Below, one piece after another: positions 37,573 to 43,176 of a DNA stretch of 43,176 nucleotides (position 1 is its first letter; every line of letters begins with the position of its first letter). The stretch is from Burkholderiales bacterium. Its GTDB lineage: Bacteria > Pseudomonadota > Gammaproteobacteria > Burkholderiales > Ga0077523. Both the position numbers and the translations under genes were made by a program. The notes beneath the pieces were generated by a model, which was not told where the DNA came from, did no database searches, and worked only from the letters and a program-made list of their open reading frames with translations. The DNA lies in contig JBILUV010000001.1 in NCBI GenBank assembly GCA_044370825.1, positions 1 to 43,176 of the forward strand. Reading direction: 5' to 3'.

Positions 37573-39156
37573 TCAGCGCACCATCACCCAGCGCAACGCC
37601 AGGAAGCTGTCGGGCGACTGCACCACCTCGACGTTCTTCCTCATGCCCCAGGTCAGGGGTTGCTGGTGCAGCGGGATATGGCCGACGTCATCCTGATGCA
37701 GCCGGAACGCCTCGGCAATCATGGCATCGCGCTTCGCCGGGTCGTTCTCGGCACCGATGCGCCGGATCAGGTCGTCCAGCCGCGGGTTGGAGTAGCTGCC
37801 GCCGTTAAACTGCCCCTGGCCGCTGTCACCCGGCGTGGCCATCAATGCGAACAGGGCGTTGTGGCTGTCCTGGCTGGTCGGTGTCCAGCCCGCCAGGTAG
37901 AAGGACACGTTGCGCTGCAGGAGTTTGGGAAAGAACTGGGTCTTGGGCTCGGCCACCAGGTTGACCCTCACCCCCACCTTGGCCAGCATCGATGCCACTG
38001 CCTGGCAGATCTCGCTGTCGTTCACATAGCGGTCGTTGGGACAGTGCATCCCGAGATCGAATCCGGAGGCGTAACCCGCTTCTGCCAGCAGCCGGCGCGC
38101 CGCTTCCGGGTCATGGGACAGGCGCTTGTTGAGGCTCTCGACGAACCCGCGAACTGCGGGTGCCACCATCAGCCCAGCGGGCGTGGAGGCACCGCGCATG
38201 ATGCGGCTTCGGATCGCCTCGACATCGATGGCCTGGTAGAGGGCCTGCCGCACCCGCCGGTCCTTCAGCGGGTTGCGGCCCTTGACGCTGGAGAACAGCA
38301 GCTCGTCGCGCTTCTGGTCCATGCCGAGAAATATGGTCCGCATCTCCGGCGACTGCTGGATCTTGAGCGCGGGGTTCGCCCGGACGCGGGGCGCGTCCTG
38401 CAATGGCACCGGATCGACCAGGTCCATCTCGCCGCTGATGAGCGCGGCGACACGGGTGGCGTCGTTGCCGATGGGTGTGAAGGTGGCTTCGGTCAGATTG
38501 TGTTCCGGCTGTCCCCACCAGCCCGGATGCACCGCGAACACCGTGCGCACGCCGGGTTCGCGTGACTTCAGGACGAAGGGGCCAGTCCCGGTGGCATGGG
38601 TGCTGGCGTGGTTCTCGGTACCCTTGCGCACGTCCACCGGCCGTGTCGCGTTGTGACGCTCGCACCACGTCTTCGACATGATGTACCAGCGGCTCATGTT
38701 CTGCGGCAGGATGGAGAACGGCTCGCTGGTGACGATGTCGATGGCGTGCGTGTCCACCTTGCGGATCTCGCGGATCCCCGCCACGTACACGCGCACGTCC
38801 GAGCCTTCGCCCCTCGCCCGCTCGAAGCTGAAGATCACGTCGTCCGCCGTGAACGCGCTGCCGTCGTGGAACTTCACACCTTTGCGCAGGTTGAAGCGCC
38901 ACACCGTGGGCGCCGTCTGCTTCCAGTCGGTCGCGAGTTCCGGCCGCAGCGCGAAGTTGCGGTCGCGCCCGGTGAGGGCCTCGTACACATTGCCCATCAG
39001 GGACAGCAGCACCGCCTCGTTGTGCATGTGGGGATCGACCGACAGCGCATCACCCTGGTTGGCGAAGCGGAAGGTCGCCGCGCCTGCCGGCGGCACCGCG
39101 AGCGCAGCTGCCAGCAGGAGCACCCTGGCGGCGTTCCGGAGCAGCCGGGCGTTCAT
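37573..39156 (-). CDS. ABC transporter substrate-binding protein, family 5 (DppA/OppA-like)
   Basis: Signal peptide (MNARLLRNAARVLLLAAALAVPPAGAA) and an SBP_bac_5-like sequence (WRFNLRKGVKFHDGSAFTADDVIFS). ATG 39156 overlaps the amidohydrolase stop by 1 nt (TGATG). Confidence 0.86.
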   Translation of the reverse strand: MNARLLRNAARVLLLAAALAVPPAGAATFRFANQGDALSVDPHMHNEAVLLSLMGNVYEALTGRDRNFALRPELATDWKQTAPTVWRFNLRKGVKFHDGSAFTADDVIFSFERARGEGSDVRVYVAGIREIRKVDTHAIDIVTSEPFSILPQNMSRWYIMSKTWCERHNATRPVDVRKGTENHASTHATGTGPFVLKSREPGVRTVFAVHPGWWGQPEHNLTEATFTPIGNDATRVAALISGEMDLVDPVPLQDAPRVRANPALKIQQSPEMRTIFLGMDQKRDELLFSSVKGRNPLKDRRVRQALYQAIDVEAIRSRIMRGASTPAGLMVAPAVRGFVESLNKRLSHDPEAARRLLAEAGYASGFDLGMHCPNDRYVNDSEICQAVASMLAKVGVRVNLVAEPKTQFFPKLLQRNVSFYLAGWTPTSQDSHNALFALMATPGDSGQGQFNGGSYSNPRLDDLIRRIGAENDPAKRDAMIAEAFRLHQDDVGHIPLHQQPLTWGMRKNVEVVQSPDSFLALRWVMVR

Positions 39157-40379
39157 CACGCGACCTCCACGGGGTCGGCCCTGGCCTCGTTCCGGTCGCG
39201 CAGCGGCAGTGCCGCCTCCGCCAGCGCGGCCAGATAACCCGCGCCCAGTGGAATGACGCTGTCGTTGAAGTCGTAGCGCGGGTTGTGCAGGAAACATCCG
39301 CCGTCGGCGCCACCCTGGCCGAGGAACACGTAGGCCCCCGGCTTCTCCTGAAGGAAGTAGGCGAAATCCTCCGCGCCCATGGTGGGATCGGCATCGCGGA
39401 TCACGTTGGCGGCGCCGAAGATGGCTTCACCGACGCGCGCCGCGAACTCCGCCTCGCAGGCCGTGTTGACGGTCGCGGGATATCCCCGCGTCACCCTGAC
39501 CTCCGCCGTGGCGCCCAGCGCCATGGCGACACCGTTGGCGATCTCGACGATGCGTCTTTCGGCCAGATCACGTGTCTCCGGGCGGAAGCTGCGCAGCGTC
39601 CCGAGCAGGTGGACGGCGTCGGGAATCACGTTGTGGGCCCCTGTCTGGCTGGTGTGCATGGAGCAGATGCTCACCACCACGGCATCCACGGGGGAGACGT
39701 TGCGACTGGCGATGGTCTGCAGCGCGGTCACCACCTGCGCCGCCGCCACCACAGGATCGACACTCAGGTGGGGCAGCGCGCCGTGTCCGCCCCGACCGCG
39801 GATGACGATCGCCACCTCGTCCGTGGCCGCCATCACCGGGCCGGCACGCACGGCGATGCGGCCTGGCGGCAGCTGCGGCCAGTTGTGCAAGGCGTACACC
39901 TCATCCGCCGGAAAGCGCTCGAACAGGCCTTCCCGCACCATCACCCCACCGCCACCGCCGTGCTCCTCAGCCGGCTGGAAGATGACGTACACGGTGCCAT
40001 CGAAGTTGCGCGTCGCAGCGAGGTACCGCGCTGCGCCGAGCAGCATGGTGGTGTGGCCGTCGTGTCCGCAGGCGTGCATCCGGCCCGCGCTGCGCGAGGC
40101 ATGGGGCCGGTCGTCGGCCTCGTGCATCGGCAGGCAGTCCATGTCTGCGCGCAGGCCGATCTTGCGACCCCGCGTGTCGACGCGTCCCGGGATCACCCCG
40201 ACCACGCCAGTGGTTGCCAGCCCCCGATGGACCTCGATCCCCAGGGCAGTCAACTCGCGCGCGACGATGCCGGCCGTGCGCGCTTCCTCGAATGCCAGCT
40301 CCGGGTGCATGTGGATGTCGCGCCGGATGGCGGTGAGTTCGTCCTGCTGACGGCGGATGTAGGCGACGGGGTCGGCCAT
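39156..40379 (-). CDS. M20D family amidohydrolase (aminoacylase / hippurate hydrolase-like)
   Basis: Motifs HMHPELAFEE, MHACGHDGHT and FQPAEE are typical of M20D N-acyl-amino acid amidohydrolases. ATG 40379 is preceded by GAGGA. Confidence 0.85.
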   Translation of the reverse strand: MADPVAYIRRQQDELTAIRRDIHMHPELAFEEARTAGIVARELTALGIEVHRGLATTGVVGVIPGRVDTRGRKIGLRADMDCLPMHEADDRPHASRSAGRMHACGHDGHTTMLLGAARYLAATRNFDGTVYVIFQPAEEHGGGGGVMVREGLFERFPADEVYALHNWPQLPPGRIAVRAGPVMAATDEVAIVIRGRGGHGALPHLSVDPVVAAAQVVTALQTIASRNVSPVDAVVVSICSMHTSQTGAHNVIPDAVHLLGTLRSFRPETRDLAERRIVEIANGVAMALGATAEVRVTRGYPATVNTACEAEFAARVGEAIFGAANVIRDADPTMGAEDFAYFLQEKPGAYVFLGQGGADGGCFLHNPRYDFNDSVIPLGAGYLAALAEAALPLRDRNEARADPVEVA

Positions 40380-40395
40380 GGTCGGGTTCCTCGTT

Positions 40396-41373
40396 TCAGG
40401 TGGCGGCGCCGCGCGTGCGCAGCCGGGGGTCGACGACATGGTAGAGGAGGTCGACCACAAGGTTGATGATGACGAAGATCAGGGCGATGAGGCACAGATA
40501 GGCGGCCATGACCGGCACGTCGGCGAACATCACCGACTGGATGAACAGCAGACCCATGCCCGGCCACTGGAACACGCTCTCGGTGATGATGGCGAAGGCG
40601 ATGATCGAGCCCAGCTGCAGCCCGGTGACCGTGATGACCGGAACCAGCGTGTTGCGCAGGGCGTGACGCAGCTGGATGGACCGTTCCGGCAGCCCTCGGG
40701 CGCGGGCGAAGCGGATATGGTCGGTCCGCAGCACCTCCAGCATCTCGGCCCGGGTGAGCCGCATGATCAAGGTCATCTGGAACAACCCGAGCGTCACGGC
40801 CGGCAGCACCAGCGCCTTCAGACCGGAGACGGTGAGCAGGCCGGTGCTCCACCCACCGATGAGCACGGTTTCGCCGCGGCCGAACGACGGCAGCCAGCCC
40901 AGGTGCACCGAGAACAGCAGGATGAGAAGGATGCCGATGAGGAAGGTCGGCAGCGACACTCCGGCCAGCGAGACGACCAGGAACATCTGGCTGAGGATGG
41001 ACCGGGGCGCCAGGGCCGTGCGCACGCCCATGGCCACACCCGCCACCAGCGCGAAGGCTGCAGCCATGAAGGACAACTCCAGCGTGGCTGGCAGCCGCTC
41101 GAGAAACAGGGTGGAGACGGGTCGCATCTGTCGCAGCGACATGCCGAACTCTCCGGTGAGCGCACGGGACAGGAAGCGCGCGTACTGAACGTGGAAGGGC
41201 TGGTCCAGCCCGAGGCCGGCGCTCACCGCAGCCCGCTCTTCCGGCGTTGCATCCTGGCCGAGCATGAAGACCACGGGGTCGCCGACGTATCGGAAGAGGG
41301 AGAAAGCAAGCAATGCGACGGTCAGCATGACCGCTGCCGCCTGGATCGAACGCCGGACAGTGAATGCGAGCAT
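40396..41373 (-). CDS. Dipeptide/oligopeptide ABC transporter permease (DppB/OppB-like)
   Basis: Typical N-terminus from ATG 41373 (MLAFTVRRSIQAAAVMLTVALLAFSLFRYVGDPV) and an EAA-like loop (IRFARARGLPE). Confidence 0.85.
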   Translation of the reverse strand: MLAFTVRRSIQAAAVMLTVALLAFSLFRYVGDPVVFMLGQDATPEERAAVSAGLGLDQPFHVQYARFLSRALTGEFGMSLRQMRPVSTLFLERLPATLELSFMAAAFALVAGVAMGVRTALAPRSILSQMFLVVSLAGVSLPTFLIGILLILLFSVHLGWLPSFGRGETVLIGGWSTGLLTVSGLKALVLPAVTLGLFQMTLIMRLTRAEMLEVLRTDHIRFARARGLPERSIQLRHALRNTLVPVITVTGLQLGSIIAFAIITESVFQWPGMGLLFIQSVMFADVPVMAAYLCLIALIFVIINLVVDLLYHVVDPRLRTRGAAT

Positions 41374-41547
41374 GAGTCTGCCGGAGGAGCCCTGCGACCC
41401 CCTGGCGGGTTGGGGCGGAGCGGCGACGGGCAGCATGCCCGGCACCCGCCGCACACTCGGTCGATGGTGCCCATTCCGCTCAGGGGCGTCAACGCGGCAG
41501 GGAGAGGCGGCTGGCAGGTGGGGGAGCGGGCTTGGCGAAAACTTCAG

Positions 41548-41568
41548 TTGTCAAAATTTATTTGATAA
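41548..41568. promoter_or_regulatory. AT-rich divergent promoter region with imperfect palindrome TTGTCAAA-ATTTA-TTTGATAA (candidate operator)
   Basis: It sits in the only conspicuously AT-rich patch of the intergenic region between the dppB-like gene (minus) and the HTH/aminotransferase ORF (plus). The 8-bp arms match at 7 of 8 positions, and it ends about 36 nt upstream of ATG 41605. Confidence 0.4.
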
Positions 41569-41604
41569 GGCAAGCTCCGCACCTTCAACGTCTCCTGCGC
41601 AGCC

Positions 41605-41871
41605 ATGAATTGTGTCGAACGCCTCGTCAGTCTCTTCGGCAGTCAGGCCGAAGTAGCCAGACGCTTCAAGCTCGATCGCGCCGTCGTCAGCAATTGGGTC
41701 AAGTCCGGCTACGTGCCGGCGCGCTGGGCGATGGAGGTCGAGGTGGTCACCGAAGGGCAGATCGCCGCAGTCGAGGTGCTCGACGAAGCCAACAGGCTCC
41801 GCCCGGTCCGGGTCAAGTCCCGCGGCGAGGACGAGATCTTTCACGGAACTTCAATTGCAGGGAGCGACACG
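41605..41871 (+). CDS. Cro/YdaS-like helix-turn-helix ORF segment, in frame with the downstream aminotransferase and lacking its own stop codon
   Basis: FGSQAEVARRFKLDRAVVSNWVKSGYVPARWAMEVEVVTEGQI fits the YdaS/Cro HTH pattern (GxQxxxARxLxVxxxxVxxWxK...PAxxxxxIExxTxG). Third codon positions are G/C-rich through residue ~70 and AT-richer in the ~20-codon linker. No obvious SD precedes ATG 41605. Whether it is translated alone, as a fusion, or not at all is unresolved. Confidence 0.5.
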
Positions 41872-43116
41872 ATGATTTCCTTCGCGCCATCCAAGCGCAT
41901 CCATTCCTTCCATCCCCCGCAACGTACGCTGATGGGGCCTGGGCCCACCGAGATCCACCCGCGGGTGCTCACCACCATGAGCCAACCGGCGATCGGTTAT
42001 CTCGACCCCGTCTTCGTGGAGATGATGGAGGAGCTGAAGGGTCTGCTCAGATACGTCTACCAGACCCGCAATCCCCTCACCTTCCCTGTGTCGGGGCCGG
42101 GCTCCGTCGGCATGGAGTACTGTTTCGTCAACATGGTGGCGCCGGGCGACAAGGTCATCGTCTGCGTGAACGGTGTTTTCGGAGGCCGCATGCTCGAGAA
42201 CGTGGTCCGGTGCGGCGGTATCCCCGTCGTTCTGGAGCATGAATGGGGTACGCCGGTCGACCCCAACCGCGTCGACGAGGCGCTGAGGGTCAATCCTGAA
42301 ACCAAGGTGGTTGCCTTTGTCCACGCCGAGACCTCCACGGGTTGTCTTTCGGACGCGAGGAGCATCATCGAGGTGGCGCATCGCCACGGCGCCCTTACGA
42401 TCATGGACGCGGTGACCTCCTTGGCCGGGGTGCCGGTCTTGCTGGATGCGTGGAATGCCGACGCCGTCTACTCGGCCAGCCAGAAATGCCTGTCGTGCAC
42501 GCCCGGCCTGTCTCCCGTTTCCTTCAGCGATCGCGTGGTGGAACACGTGAAGGCCCGCAAGGACAAGATCCACAGCTGGTTCATGGACATGAATCTGCTA
42601 CTCGGCTACTGGGGCGCGACCACGCGCACCTACCACCACACGGCACCGACGAACTCGCTGTTCGCGTTGCATGAGGCCCTCCTGCTGATCCGCGAGGAGA
42701 CCCTCGAGGACTGCTGGGCGCGGCATCGCCGCCACCACGTCGCCCTCAAGACGGGGCTCGAAGCCATGGGCCTGCATTTCTTGGTGAAGGAAGAGTTCCA
42801 GATCCCGCAGATGAACGCGGTGCGTATCCCCGAGGCCATCGCTCCCAAGGAGGCGGAAGTCCGCAAACGCCTCCTCAACGAGTTCAACCTCGAGATCGGT
42901 GCCGGTCTTGGGCCTCTCGCAGGCAAGATCTGGCGTTTCGGCACCATGGGCTACTCCTGTCGTCCTGAGAACGTGATGCTGTGCCTGTCGGCGCTGGGCT
43001 CCGTGCTTTCCGACATGGGCATGCCGGTGCACGTGGGCGATGCCGAGGGTGCGGCGCATGACGCCTACGCCCAGATGCACAAGGCCGCCGCCCAGCAGAA
43101 GAAACGGGCTGCCTGA
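41872..43116 (+). CDS. Class V aminotransferase, alanine--glyoxylate (AGXT)-like
   Basis: MGPGPTEIHPRVL, HAETSTG, and YSASQKCLSCTPGLSPVSF with the PLP lysine, then FRFGTMGY. ATG 41872 is preceded by GGGAG at 7-nt spacing. The full open frame runs 41605-43116. Confidence 0.88.
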   Translation: MISFAPSKRIHSFHPPQRTLMGPGPTEIHPRVLTTMSQPAIGYLDPVFVEMMEELKGLLRYVYQTRNPLTFPVSGPGSVGMEYCFVNMVAPGDKVIVCVNGVFGGRMLENVVRCGGIPVVLEHEWGTPVDPNRVDEALRVNPETKVVAFVHAETSTGCLSDARSIIEVAHRHGALTIMDAVTSLAGVPVLLDAWNADAVYSASQKCLSCTPGLSPVSFSDRVVEHVKARKDKIHSWFMDMNLLLGYWGATTRTYHHTAPTNSLFALHEALLLIREETLEDCWARHRRHHVALKTGLEAMGLHFLVKEEFQIPQMNAVRIPEAIAPKEAEVRKRLLNEFNLEIGAGLGPLAGKIWRFGTMGYSCRPENVMLCLSALGSVLSDMGMPVHVGDAEGAAHDAYAQMHKAAAQQKKRAA

Positions 43117-43137
43117 GCGAATCCCCGGATACGGCGT

Positions 43138-43170
43138 GAAAACGGCGGGTCAAACCCGCCGTTTTCATTT
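43138..43170 (+). terminator. Rho-independent terminator after the aminotransferase
   Basis: 13-bp perfect stem GAAAACGGCGGGT-CAA-ACCCGCCGTTTTC followed by ATTT, about 20 nt after the stop at 43116. Confidence 0.85.
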
Positions 43171-43176
43171 CTGGCG

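Noticed and set aside
41551-41844. 97-aa minus-strand ORF antisense to the HTH segment, considered as the real gene of the dpp/aminotransferase intergenic region.
   Set aside because: It is acidic low-complexity sequence with no recognisable motif. The plus-strand frame shows a specific YdaS/Cro HTH pattern and G/C-rich third codon positions.

Overview
GC-rich chromosomal segment. The protein sequences look proteobacterial, probably beta or gamma (weak guess). It is almost fully coding and reads as core and accessory metabolism, not a mobile or defence island. By eye I found no rRNA, tRNA, CRISPR array, transposase, integrase or phage genes. Left to right: (1) distal atp operon, atpA (5'-truncated), atpG, atpD, atpC, with a clean intrinsic terminator. 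(2) A yafJ-type class II glutamine amidotransferase preceded by a perfect palindrome. (3) A co-directional block of livKHMGF-like ABC transporter, M20 deacylase, an unusual fused MdcD-MdcE-like carboxyltransferase and a MatB-type malonyl-CoA synthetase. (4) Minus strand: SgaA-like aminotransferase plus a secreted HEAT/TPR protein, divergent from a YdiJ-like FAD/Fe-S oxidase, a cupin, a YffB/ArsC-family protein and a serine hydrolase. (5) phnD-phnC-phnE-phnE plus a phnM-like amidohydrolase, with no C-P lyase core genes in the window. (6) Minus strand: IlvD/Edd dehydratase, short HPF, GH57 glucanotransferase-like protein and a MidA/DUF185 methyltransferase. (7) Pteridine reductase-like SDR and ttcA. 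(8) A decayed GFA-family pseudogene split by a 33-nt perfect palindrome. (9) A dpp/opp-like operon in the unusual order B, M20D amidohydrolase, A, C, D, F. (10) Divergent from it, a Cro/YdaS-like HTH ORF that runs in frame, with no stop, into a class V (AGXT-like) aminotransferase. The most interesting candidates are the HTH-aminotransferase fusion with its AT-rich palindromic upstream region, the orphan MdcDE-fusion/MatB module, and a small inverted-repeat element (arms AGGAAGGTCTGA / TCAGACCTTCCT) present at two loci. All functional calls rest on my recognition of protein motifs and family resemblance in the supplied translations. No database search was run.
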